DNA of 64,000 nt. Source: Stegostoma tigrinum. Its lineage: Eukaryota. Both the position numbers and the translations under genes were made by a program. The stretch's first letter is position 1, and each line of letters begins with the position of its first letter. The stretch is taken from the NCBI RefSeq assembly GCF_030684315.1, contig NC_081357.1, positions 129,966,808 through 130,030,807 on the forward strand. The letters are read 5' to 3'. Below the pieces are notes generated by a model. It worked only from the letters and a program-made list of their open reading frames with translations. It was not told where the DNA came from and made no database searches. This document shows, in pieces, positions 36,692 through 49,169 of the stretch.

Positions 36692-39611
36692 TCAGATACA
36701 GAATTTCTCATTCTATGCAGCAATTTTTTTTTGTCTAAACATAATATTGTAAAATTACTTGTTTCTCTACAGCCAACTCTATGTGCAATTTACTTTTTAA
36801 AAAGATCCACGAAGCATTTGAATCAAACAATTAAAGGTAAAAACATACACTTGAAAGGCTGTAGTCCATACAGTTCTGTACAAAGGTTCAAATGTGATGA
36901 AAAAATTAACCACGAAGTATTACTGTAACATGAACCTTCTTTAAATACTTGTTTTGAAAATAGATCGATTAATCATTCAAAGAAGAATTATTCACGATGT
37001 GTACAACCAGGGCAAAGTGTTTCTGGCCATTCCATTGATTTTGTAATGTTCTCCCTTTGTCAATAGGGCTCACTCCTTTTGTTAATGAATTTGCCAGAGA
37101 CACTTGACAGATTAAGTGAGTTGATTCACTGAGGATCACCGTCATTGTACATCCCTGAGAATAGTCAGAGGCTTGTAATTTTAGAACAAAAATTGAAAAC
37201 GCTTTAATATTAGCAGCTTCGGATTAGACTAATAAAATAAAAAATTCTCTTCCCTTCTTATCATTTGCTGTATGTTTTAACAGTCAGATTTGCTATGTGG
37301 TTTCATCCAGAATTACTGATTTAACAGAATCTGTTGAAAAGGGAAGGAACTAAGAATTGCCTATATTTGAAAGCCACTTTCTTATTGTTGTCTATACTGT
37401 TGTTGCTTATTGTTCCTCATTCTCATTGTTGTCTGCTATTTACAATAAAAATGATTTCATACAAATATGAAAATTTTGCTCACCAGCCAACAAATAGACT
37501 GTTCAGTTCATTCTGTTTTCAGGAAACACGTAATAAACAAGACATAAGTGAATAAAACTTTCCTCACTTTAAACGGTGCAGAAAACCAAACTGCTGGTGG
37601 AAGCATTCAAAACTAATGTCAGTTTGCTCAGATATTTAGATGATGGCCGAGGCCTCATTTCAGCCTTGGTTCATTCTGCACATGTAGACTCTGTTTGAAC
37701 AGCAACTTACAAAAGAAACAAGTTAGATTTGTCTATCAAATAGTTTTGCACTTAAGTGAGTGTTAGACAAGTGTTAAAATTGCCTTCCTCCAACAAAGCA
37801 GTCATTTGAATCATTCTCATTTGGAATCAGTCACTACTCTGTATTCTGGGCGGAAGGATAATTTTGTCATTTACACTTAATTCTGGAACTGAGAAGACAT
37901 GCAGAGTTGTTCATTTTCAGCCCAGCCTATTTTTATTACCTCCTTGCTTCACTCCTTTCCCCCAGCCTGAGAGTTGTGCACATGAAAGATCTGGCTTTTA
38001 CACGGGTCATGTGGTCTCTATTAATAAAAGTAACACAGGAAGTTGCAGAAGCTGGTCAGGGACTGGGCCATGGATTACTTATTGGCCAGAAAGATGCTGA
38101 GTACTGGTTTGTTAAATTTCCAAAATACTGTCTTGTTGTGATCAGTTATTTTAAAACAACATTTCAGTTTCAGGAAAAATACTTTGCAAAATGTGATTGA
38201 GTAAGCAAACAGATTCCCTTTTCTAACATGTAACACCAACAATACTTTAATATTTCTATAAAAATTTTTCCCTTCCTTCGTGAATTAGAGCTTGCTGCAA
38301 TTGTAAAGGTGCAATTTGTTGCAACAGCAGCTCTCGTTAAAAGCTTGCTTGTGATGATAGCTGGTAAAAAGTAAGACTACAGTGAGTGTTCCTGTTGCTC
38401 TTTTTAAATGTTTTCAGCATCTATGATCTTTCACAAGTGTTTTAAAGAACAGACACATTGTAATGCACAAACAGCTGTTTTGGAAATACACATCAGAATG
38501 GATGTATATTAACCCAGGTTTTATGAGTGGCCTGGGGAAATATCCGACATGTCATTTTATACCATTTTATGTTATACAATTCTCCAAATAATTTGGAACA
38601 AGCTGTGGGCAAGTATTCATTCCAGTAATCATCTGAGTCACTCAGTTCACTGTATATACTAAATAGGTACGCATTACAAAACCGTGGAATTCAAAAGCCT
38701 TTTAGCCAAGATTATTCCTTATCCTTGCATGCCTTTTCAGAGTCACCCGCTCCATGATGACCATTTCATTGAGAGGTGAATCCAGCGTCAGGACTGGCCA
38801 TCATGTTAATTAAAAAATGTTGATATTTGCAGCATTTTTCTGGTGTTCTATTTTTCCATTTTGAATGAAAGCTTTAGTACTTGGAGGAAAAGGAATCAAC
38901 GCTATTTTGGACCAGAGTGCATATGGATGACCCGACTAACCCACAAGCAATAAGAAAAAAAATAAAAGCTTGGTCCAACTTTAGATTGTAAATAGATTCT
39001 GATTTTTGACAGTGAATTTGGTGGTGTCCAGAATATTTGGTGACAGTAAATTCTCACATAGGTGAGCTAAATTTCATTAAGCCATCAATATTTGCCTTGA
39101 ATCTGTCCCTGTTGCTTGTACAGCGCGTAATCTAATGATCCACTACATAGTGTAGCTATCACGCAACTCATTTGCAGCTCAGAGTTACTGCTTAACTGAA
39201 AGCCTAGTTGAAATGCAATTGCAAATGGTTCTTTTTAAACAAGTCATACAGTATAACGTAGTCACATATTTTGAAATCTAGATAAGCTTTCAGAACTGAA
39301 AGTTTACATTTACATCATTGGCTCATCTCAATACGTCACTTTCAATTTAATTAGTAATAAGGACACATATGATACATGAGTACTAGGAAACTGCAATGCA
39401 AATATCACAAGCAAAGATTAACTTTGAGAAATTATCTTATTTATTTTCTTGACAAACACTTCAGCAAGTGTCATTTGCAACAGAAAGAACTAAATTTCTT
39501 TTCATTTACATGGCCACTTAACAGAGCTTTTTTAGTTTTGAAGTCCCCACATGTAGGATATGCAGACCCATATATGACTTCAAACCTACAGCAGAATTAT
39601 TGAATATTTTT

Positions 39612-40245
39612 TGACTGCCCTATGAAGACAGGTTGGGGAAACCAGGTCTGTATTCTCTACGGTTTCAAAGAGTGAGAGAGAATCTCATTGAAACTGCGGA
39701 AAGGGCTAGGCAGGGTAGATACAAGTAAGATGTTTCCTTGGTTGGAGTGTCTAGAACGAGGATGTACCATTTAAAAGTTAGGGGGAAGTCACTTTGACCT
39801 GAGATGAGGAGAAAGTTCTCTACTGAGAAAGTTGTGAACATTTACAATTCTCTACCACATGTACATTTATGGTAGAGATTTATAAATTTCTGATTACCAA
39901 CAGATACAAGACTATGGGGACGAGCTATGCAGTAATTGGAACAAGGGCCAGGTGGTTCTCATTGACTATGAGTTCCCTGATTGAGGTTGTTAATCTGAAC
40001 CAACCAGGGAGCCCTAAGCAGGAGATTTGGTCTTCTCATTCTGGAGACTGGCTCTGAGCTAGCTTGTCAAAGTCCATGTACTGGGCACATGTAAATAAAG
40101 AAACGCTTGGTGATGGGATACTGGCCTTTGTGGAGTTATTTCAGGGCGGGCAAAAAATATTGTGGTGTTCGATCAGCCATGATTGTATTTTACAGTGGGA
40201 AAGGCTCCATGTGTTGAATGACCTACTATTGTTGTAATGTTCAAA
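39612..40245 (+). mobile_element. Degenerate CR1 3' end interrupted by an LTR-like insert
   Basis: ctatgaagacaggttgggg..ctgtattctcta..gatgaggagaaagttctctact and tail cagccatgattgtatt. Confidence 0.75.
39928..40143 (+). mobile_element. Probable solo LTR (about 215 bp)
   Basis: TG...CA ends (tgcagtaa..ttatttca), AATAAA near 40094, interrupts CR1 colinearity; no TSD seen. Confidence 0.5.
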
Positions 40246-41744
40246 TGAATCTTCATGACCCTAACAAGACTCTACAAAAGAATAAAGCCACATAGATTTC
40301 ATGACTTCAATGTGGACACTATTTCAGATGTTGTATTAATCCAAGTTTTCATTACAGGGCAAGAGAAAATATACTAATTCTTTCAAATGGAAAAAGATAT
40401 TTGCAGAAACAATGGCTGGAAAGATGAAGCAATTAAGCCAATAAGCTAAATTAAGGCAATAATGTGAAGAGTTCAGAAAGTGAGTAGAAATTGTGGAGAG
40501 AAGCTAAATTAAGTCAACACAAACAAAGAGAACCAAGAAAAACAAGAGACTTAACTTGGCAGGGCAAGTTGAATGAGTAAAGGAGAAACTAGAGAAATCC
40601 AAATTCATATAAAATAAATCAAACAAAACTCAAAAATAAATTGAGAATAGATTAAATATTGCAATAACATCAGAAGGCTACTGATTTTGCAGTATGTAAG
40701 ATACAGATGATTTTATTTGCTTTTCAACTGCTTTTATTGGTATCTATAAGGTATTCTGGGCAGGCCGGCAGATATTACTGCTTCGAATGAAGAATAACTG
40801 AACTAAAGAAAGAATGCTTTTATCCTTTCATTGGCTGATATTATCGTTTCAACTCAGTACCATGCCAATCCCTTGTACTTGGTAATCACAATGATGACTA
40901 AACCTACAGTGGGAATTTTGAAATTAGTTCAGCATCCTAGAAAGCAAGGAAAATGTACAAGCGTTAGAGTAACAGAAATGTATCAATATGCAGGTTTATA
41001 CGTTAATTGTGTATTGTTAAAACAAACAAAGTGAAGACGTAGTTTGGGAAATGCTTTCAACACGGTTTCTTTGTATCTGGTCAATTTTCCGGTCTTTTAT
41101 TACTCTTGTAAGTGTGAGCATGATCTGATGATCCTGTCTGATGGTGTTACTCTCTGAACCAGCAATAAATAATGGCCTTCAGATTAGATTGTCATTAGTT
41201 GCCAGAAAGGATTCAGACTATCTCATTGCTTAAGAGCCTATAAACCTGCAGTGCACCTGGCCAAAGAAAGCAACAACTGGAGGTTAGAATTACAGTAAAC
41301 AGCAAGTTTGTACTATGCAGTGCTAGTACACTTAACAAGGGAGTCACAGAGAGGCAATTTTTTCTCTGCAAGGCTGCGTCCAGAGTGTAAATAATCACAA
41401 AGACAGTAGTAGCTCTTGTGTCTATGGGGTCAATGCGCTTGATTTGATCAGGGCACTGCACATCACTCATCTCAGCATTCTGACACGATGCTGTCCCACA
41501 CTCGCTCGCTCTCTCTCTCAGCAGTTCAGAATGTTCAACAGGCGAAATATTGAGAAATTACATCATCTTGTTGTGCATAAGATATAGAAAATTACAAAGA
41601 AAAATGAAGGTGATTGACGTATGAAATGAAATATAGAAAAGAAACTGCAAGTCCAAGCTGGCGAAATATTGTTAACTTTTCAATTTGGCAAGTTTTCATC
41701 AGAGTCTTAAATTTGAGTCGCTGGTCACACCTCTCCTATTTTAG

Positions 41745-42375
41745 AAATAAGAGCAAATCTGGGGATACCTGACAGATATCTATGGAGAGGAATACAATTA
41801 ACATTCTGGTCGATTACCTTTCGTCAGAGCTGAGAAAGTTTAGAAATGTGAGAGGTTTTAAACTGGTGAGAAGGGGATGATGTGGAAAAAAAGGTTTGTG
41901 ATAGGGCAGAAGACAAGAAAAATTCAAATAACTAACAGGTTTCTGGTGCAACATCAAGAGAGCGGTTGTGGGGGATAGCAAAGAAGCAAAAGATTGTGTT
42001 GAAAGGAGATATAAATTGCAGAACAAAGAACTGCTGTCATCAAAAAAGCAAAAATTAGAGAAAATGAGATTAAAATAAATGTTGCACAGAAAGAGGAAAT
42101 AAAATGTAGGTAAAGGTTACAGTCTGAAGTTGCTAACTCAGTGTTGGCTCCTGAAGGCTGTTTAGTACCTCACCCAGAGATGAGCTACTTCTCCTGTGAG
42201 TTTCTGTTGAGCTTCACTGGAACACTGCAGGATGCCCAGGAGCAAGAGATCAACATAAAAGCAAGGGAGAAAATCAAACTGACTGGTCATTCAGGGACAC
42301 AGTGGATGGAGTAGTGACACTTAACAAAGCAATCACCCAATCCACATGTGATTGGCGATATGCAGACAAACAACA
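41745..42375 (-). mobile_element. Old Penelope-like 3' fragment (EN C-terminus and pLTR)
   Basis: Minus strand LGILQCSSEAQ..GTKQPSGANTE homology and hammerhead-like agctCTGACGAaaggtaatcgaccAGAAtgTTA at about 41799-41831. Confidence 0.75.
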
Positions 42376-44184
42376 TTTTCAGCAGACATTATAGTCTAAT
42401 AAACTGAAAGAAATATTCTTGTGTTCCATTGAAGGAATAGAATGTTGGACAGCTAAGCGAAAGGGGGAGAAAGGAAAAGTGTGGAATCTTGTCCTAATGT
42501 TTGTCAGAACAGTGCTGTCTTGGCTGAGATAGTGGTGGGCTTGCCTCAGCTTGAACTCTTCAGTAATATCCCTCTGGCTACCATAGAGAGGCAGGTCTTT
42601 TAAACACATATGAAGATTAAGGATGGGGTTGAATGCTCCCCTTCATTTACAATCACTATGATCACTTTTCACACCCCAATTCCATCACCAACCCAAGAGA
42701 ATTTATTAGAAAGGGGCATGACGCGTGGAGGTGTGCCAGGAGCAAAAGACAACATGAGGACAAAGCCCAATCCACTACTTTCTTTGGTCTTCTGCTGGCC
42801 CAGACTTACCAACATGACATTGCTCCAATCTTTCCCCTAACCTTCCATCTTCCTGACCTCAAAACCCATGTGCTGCCATGGGACATGAGCTTGGCATCAG
42901 CACCTTCCCAGTCAGATTCAGAAGAGGCCACGACCATCTCACCACCAGGAATGGGCTGTTTGCCATCTACTGCATCATGTAGGTCAGCTCCCCAAAGATC
43001 AAAATCTGCTTCCGTGTTTTTACTGTGGAGTGTGATTGCTATTTGCAGACTGTCTAGGCTAGGTCAAGGAATGCAAACAAAAATAAGCAGGCTATACTAC
43101 AAACTGGAAATTCTGCATGTTAAAATTCTTAAAAATTAGGATGCGTAAAACCAGCAAACTTCTTTGACTGGAATATTTACTTTCTAAAATGAATAATTTA
43201 ATGTTTGCTTAATTAATGTTTAGGCCACTACTTCTCCTTCTATCCTTAAAGAATTTAAACTCACTGGTTTGAAAACTCTAAATTACTACAGTATGGGATT
43301 CCCTGCCCAACAGCTCCAACACCAATTCCTGCCAGAAACAGGAATCGCCTCCCTCTAATGTTGCTGGGAATGGTGCTAGGCGGACTAACGCAGGCACCAA
43401 TTGCAGCACATTATCTGAGAGACCCAGGAAGTCATTCTGAGGTCACAACTGCAGGATTTAAAAATGACTTGCACTTAAATCTGAAGCAGCAGGAAACACA
43501 TTGCAGAAATTGCTCCAACAGCAATGTCTCCAGAGAGTAGCAGAAATATTATTCAGTTCCTCTTGAAGTCTGAAAGCACTGGCACACAGTAATCTGAAGG
43601 CTCGACAAGAGAAGGTGAGAGTCTCTCAAACTGACAGTGAACAGTATTGACATTCTGTAAAATGAACTTTGGCCCTGGAGAGATGTAATAGTGGGAGTGT
43701 CCCCATGTACAATTCAGAACCATGTGAAAGGAAATGATACAATTGTTGAGTGCCAGGCAGCCCTCTGAGGATTCCTCTCTCATTCAGCAAATAATCCGTG
43801 ACGTCATGAAACCAGCAACGGCATGGAACTTGCATTTGTCTAATGTTTAAATAATAAATATAGACAAACATTGATCTTAACTTCGTTGAGAAATAAGAGT
43901 TTAACCCTGTGAAACATTCAGAGTTCTTCACTTCAGAATAAGGTGGTGCCTACAGAATCGAGCCAGGATCACATTTCTCAAGAAGTCATTTTCGCTTTGG
44001 GATCTCTGAGAGGGCAAGCAATGAGTGCTCCAATTGTTTAAAGAAAAACATTCTATGCCTAAAGTTGAAAGGACTCAGTTTTTAGCTGGAACCAAGTGAC
44101 ATAATTAACGGCTGGGCAGCCTCTCACATTGCAGCTTCTGTAAACCCGAGTTCAGCTCCAAGTTGGCTGCCCATGTCTTGATTT

Positions 44185-44610
44185 GCACCATGTCCCATTA
44201 CCCCTGTGCACAATTACTACACTGAATCCCAGGTAAACAACACCTCACTTTTAAAGTTCTCATCCTTGCACTGACATGCCTCCCAGCCTCATACTTCCCC
44301 ATCTCTCTAATTAATTCAAGCTCATCGCCAGCAGTCTGGTGGATCCCACATTTTAGTTGTTACATCATTGGTGGCAGTGTCTTCAGTTCCCTACAGTCTG
44401 AGCTGTGGGTTTCCTTCTGAAAACTCTCTTCGCCTTTCTCTACTTCTTCAAGACACTGTGTAAAGCCTACTTCTCCCACAAAGCTTTCGATTTCCTGTCA
44501 CAGTAACATCTTATGTGATTGGACATAAAATTTTGTTTTGCATGGTTCCTGAGAAGGGCCTTGAATCATTTCAATCTCTGAAAGGTGTTACATAAGTGTA
44601 ACTTATTCCT
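44185..44610 (+). mobile_element. L2-clade LINE 3' end
   Basis: PITPV...LH..P....TFKVLIL motif and 3' UTR similar to 33280-33540. Confidence 0.75.
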
Positions 44611-45242
44611 GTTTTCCATGATTAGGAACATTGAGCTGCTGCAAGAAGATCAGCAGAATTCCAGCTGACTGAGCTGGAGCAAGAGGTCACGAGAGTAAAA
44701 GATCTGACTCAACTAAATCAAAACTTCGAAAATGTCAAAAGGAGGCTTTGGATATCTTGCACTCAGTGGCTAGTTTGTGTGGAACATGTCAGAGTGCTCA
44801 AAAAGCAACAAAACAACACAGGCTCTGACATTTAGCTCTGGATAGTGACTCAACAGAACATTAAGAAAAAAGGTGGATTGTAGAAAACTCAATGCATTTC
44901 TTTATCTTTACCACAGGAATTAGAAACACGAATGAAGAAATATGGAGCTGAGGAAGATTGGGTTTTTAATTTTCTTGATCCAACATAAACTGAGCACAGG
45001 AAGAGTAAAGATGGAACAAGCGATTGATCAACAAGCTTCCTGCTGACTCCCCCCAAATGGAGCCGGGCTCATCAGGAAGTGGGTTTGGGCCAAGGGGAAA
45101 CCCAGCAAGGTGTTATATCAGATTTCTGAGAACGTCCTTACAGCCAGGTCATGCCAACGACAGAGAACAGCTCTTCTTCTACCTTCAACAACTTGTGGCT
45201 GGTGCTCATTTTTAAAAACAAACCAAATGCCAGACATCGTGT

Positions 45243-45440
45243 TAACACCGAGTGGAGCTGGAGGAACACAGCAGGCCAGGCAGCATCAGCACAGCAGGAA
45301 AGTTGACATTTCGGGTCGGGAAGGGAAGCTTTTCTGAAACATCAGCTTTCCTGCTCCTCTGATGCTGCCCGGCCTACTGTGTTCCTCCAGCTCCACACTG
45401 TGTTATCTCTGACTCCAGCATCGGCAGTTCTGACTATCTC
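45243..45440. mobile_element. Fold-back pLTR hairpin
   Basis: gtggagctggaggaacacagcaggcc..gacatttcgggtc / gaaacatcagc..ggcctactgtgttcctccagctccac; no TSD seen. Confidence 0.88.
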
Positions 45441-46621
45441 ACCATAAATTGTGCGATCATTATATTCTAATGTTAATAAATAACTGGCCCCAATAATCTC
45501 TGGGATGGTGGGACTGTACAGAAACCTGGCAGGGTCAGCCACATAAAGTTAGTACAACAGCCTGAATGGCACCAATCTGTCCTATACCATTGGAACATGT
45601 GGCAATTGGCTGCTCTCCTTGTCACCATTAACACTTCCTCAATTCCTTCTAAGTATACAGCAGCTCAGTTATGTTTCACATCCTACTGTGTGCCCACAGC
45701 TGCTCCCTATAGCAGAGATGGTAGGTGGCTGACTGGACTCTACCCTGAGCCCCATTACTGTTCTCCAGTGCAATCTGCTCCGTTTCTCGTGAAGGGGGAG
45801 CAGCTAAATCTAACTGATGAGTAGAGTCTTGATCTTCAATCATTGTTTGTAGAAAAAATAATTTAAAATATACTGCCCCACCCAGTCACATATCATTAAT
45901 TTGAAAGACAACAAAAACACAAACTGAAACCATGCTGCACATACACACACTTTTGGGCTCACCAAACGGTCAAACTTTAAATTTATAACAGATAAAAAAA
46001 ACTGAAGTTATGCAGTGAGTCTGTCAGAATCCAGTCTTCAGAGTGATTCTGAGCACCCCATTAATGCATTGACGATTCATTAGATAGTTCAGCTCGATTT
46101 TTTTTCACAGTGAGAGTGTTCTGTTACTCCTGACCTGGAGGTTGTCAGGATGTGTTTGGCGTGACCCCAGCATGTTTGGATTACATTTCTCAGCTGATCC
46201 ATGTCAATTGCCTCGTTAAAGACTACAAATATCCTTCAGGCTTTCTTTTGTTATTAAATGGAGGTCAGCAGACCTCTGTGAAATATGATCTCAAAGATCA
46301 GACTGAAACATGTCTGGTGATATGCCCAAACCAACTAGCTTGACAGCAACAGCACTTGGTAATTATATAATATAATATCCTCTCAATCAATTCTCAAGTC
46401 AACAGGCCCAGAATATTGAATGATTGGAAAACAAAATTATGTGGATGCTGGAATTCTGAAATGAAAAAAAGGTTGGAAAACAAACTCAGCAGGTGAAGCA
46501 GCACTTGTATGGAGAAAGGAAAATGCTAATGATTTATTAGCAGTGGGAGAAGTTAGAGATGTTGTAGTTTTTGAGCAAGGGGTGGGTCAGATGAGAACAA
46601 GAGAAAGGCTTATGGTAGCAT

Positions 46622-46816
46622 GACGTGGAGGTGCTGGTGTTGGACTGGGCTGGACACAGTCAGAAGTCACATGCCACCAGGTTGTCGTCCAACAGGTTTA
46701 TTTGAAATCACAATCTTTCAGAGCATAGCCTCACATGACAAAGGGCTATGCTTTGAAAATCTGTGGTTTCGAATAAGCCTGTTGGAATATAACCTGGTGT
46801 TGTGTGACTTCTGACT
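46622..46816. mobile_element. Fold-back hairpin of another pLTR family
   Basis: agtcagaagtcaca..ccaggtt..tccaacaggtttatttgaaatcaca / tgtggtttcgaataagcctgttgga..aacctgg..tgtgacttctgact; apex gagcatagcc..gggctatgct. Confidence 0.8.
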
Positions 46817-46929
46817 ATAATAGTATGGAAGACAGGAGTCAATGAATGACTGAAAAGTTAGTTCTCCAGGGCAAAGGAGAACAGTGATGATTCAAGAAAA
46901 GCAACAAAGAACTAAAAGATGGGGGTGAC

Positions 46930-47363
46930 CATGAGGGGCATAGATAAGGTGAATAGCCAAGATCTTTTCTCCAAGGTAGGAGAATCCAAAGCTAGAGGAC
47001 AGAGGTTTCAGGTGAGAATGCAAAGATTTAAAAGAGACATGAGGGACGACATTTTCACGCAGAGGGTGGTGAGTATATGGAATGAACTGCCAGAGTAAGT
47101 GGCAGAGACAGGTACAATGACAATATTTAAAAGGCATCTGGACAGGTAAATAAATTGGAAAGGTTTAGAGGGATATCAGCCAAATGTAGGCAAATGGGAC
47201 TAATTTAGTTTGGGAAAATTGGTTAGCATAAAGGATGAAGGGTCTAGGCCTGAAACGTCAGCTTTTGTGCTCCTGAGATGCTGCTTGGCCTGCTGTGTTC
47301 ATCCAGCCCCACACTTTGTTATCTTAGACCAAAGGGTCTGTTTCCATGCTCTATGACTCTATG
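46930..47363 (+). mobile_element. CR1 3' end carrying a young pLTR fragment (47234-47325)
   Basis: ctagaggacagaggttt..ttttcacgcagagggtggtg and tail (actctatg)n; the insert starts gatgaagggtctaggcctgaaacgtcagc. Confidence 0.88.
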
Positions 47364-48145
47364 TTCTGGAGCAATGCACTGCTAAGTGGAAGAAAACTGA
47401 ATCAAGCAAACAAAATGACTGACTAAAACAGCTCAACTCACTAATCACCCAATCATAATGTGAGCATGAATACAGCAGTGCAGATTGAAACATGTAGACA
47501 TAAATTGCTGCTCCACCTGGAAGGAAGATTTAGGGCTTGAGTGGTGAGGAAAGTAAGGTCAAAGATTACATTACCTTGATTTGCATGGTACTGTTGGAAG
47601 GGAATATGATGTCAGAGGTGACTGATACATGGCCAAAGGTATAATGGAGGGCATGGTCTTTTTGAAATATTGGAAGTGGAGGGGAGAGGAAGAGGTGTTT
47701 GGTGATGGAAATGGCAGATAATGATTAATTTGAACACGCAGGGTGGTGTGGGGGAAGGGGAAGACAATCCTACTATAGTTCTGAGACAGAGTGAAGAGGA
47801 GATTGCAGAAGTGTGGCTACCATGGTCAAAGGGCCCAGTCAACCATGCCAGGGGAAATCCTGAATTGAGAAAAAATAATTCCAGAAATACTGTTGCTGGA
47901 AAGTTGTATCATCAGAACAATACATAGGAGCTGAAGGAACTGTGAGAATATAATGAAGCCTTCCCAGGGAATTAGGTGTGAGCTAGTATCGTCAAGGTTA
48001 CTGTGACAGCAGGCAGAATATCAACAGACAGCCTATAACCAGAAATTGGGACAGAGGTGAAGAGAGGAGTTCAATCTCTGCCATCTTCCAGCCTATCATA
48101 GACCTTCACTTCCTCCTTGTCCTTCCTGTCTGCAGCAAGTGTTGG

Positions 48146-48901
48146 TTGCTGGAAGAACTCCGGATCAGAGTAAATGATCTGGAATCTGAGCTTCAAACTC
48201 TGCGGCACATCCGGGAGGGGGAGAGTTACCTGGACACTTTGTTTCAGGAGGCAGTCACACCCGGTAGATTAAACAACTCAAATTCAGAAAGTGTTCAGGG
48301 ACAAGGTGTGACTGTAATTGAGGCAGGTAGAGGGATTCAGAGTTCAGGAGTGCAGGAGCCTCAGCCCTTGACTTTGACCAACAGGTATGAGATTCTTGCT
48401 CCCTGTACGGATGAGGGAAAGGGCTGCGGACAGGATGAGCCAGCTGACCACGGCACCGTGGTGCAGAAGGCCATTCAAGAGGGGGGAGCAAAAAGACAGG
48501 TAGTTGTTATAGGGAATTCTATAATTAGGGGGACAGATAGTATCCTATGCAAGCCGGATCGGGAGTCCCCGCATGGTGTGTTGCCTGCCGGTGCCAGGGT
48601 GCGGGACATCTCCAACTGGCTTGAAAGGATATTGGAGCGGGAGGGGGAGGATCCAGTCGTTGTGGTCCACGTTGGGACTAACGACATGGGCAAAGCTCGG
48701 GTAGAGGACCAGTTCAGGGATTATCAAGCACTAGGAAAGAAATTGAAGTACAGGTCCTCAAGGGTCATAATCTCCGGATTACTGCCTGAGCCACGTGCTA
48801 ATTGGAGTAGGGAAAAGAAAGTTAGGGAAGTAAACACGTGGCTAAGGGATTGGTGTGGGAAAGAGGGATTCCATTTCATGGGGCATTGGCATCAGTTTTA
48901 G
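48146..48901 (+). pseudogene. CR1 ORF1p: zinc-finger/coiled-coil end plus SGNH esterase-like domain
   Basis: CSKC.LLEELRIRVNDLESELQTL; VVVIGNSIIRG (GDS-like block with Asn), GARVRDI, VVVHVGTND. Confidence 0.88.
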
Positions 48902-49169
48902 AACCGGGAGGGATCTGTACCATTCTGGAACCAGTGTTCTAGTGAAAAGGATAAATAGGGTGGTCAGTAGGACTTTAAACTTCTGAGTCGGGGGAAAGGG
49001 AATGGGAAAGGGAAAGTGACAGGGAGTATGGAGTTAAATGGAAAGATAAGCAGCAGGATAGCATGTGTACAGGTGGGTTTAAGCTCGAGGCAAACTAGGA
49101 ATACAGCAAAAAGGAAGGATAGCTTAGGACATCTTAGGATTTCCAATTTCTCTAATAATGATAAGAAAG

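Larger units (their letters stand above)
46425..48125 (-). mobile_element. Old Penelope-like element broken by nested insertions; its inverted pLTR continues at 51646-51785
   Basis: pLTR(-) at 46425-46615; RT C-terminal and linker relics at 47440-48060 (IICHFHH; gtgagctagtatc from HSYLDY); pLTR(+) split by the CR1 at 48126. Confidence 0.7.

Noticed and set aside
42633-43139. 168-aa plus ORF
   Set aside because: No recognisable motif or splice context; probably decayed repeat sequence.
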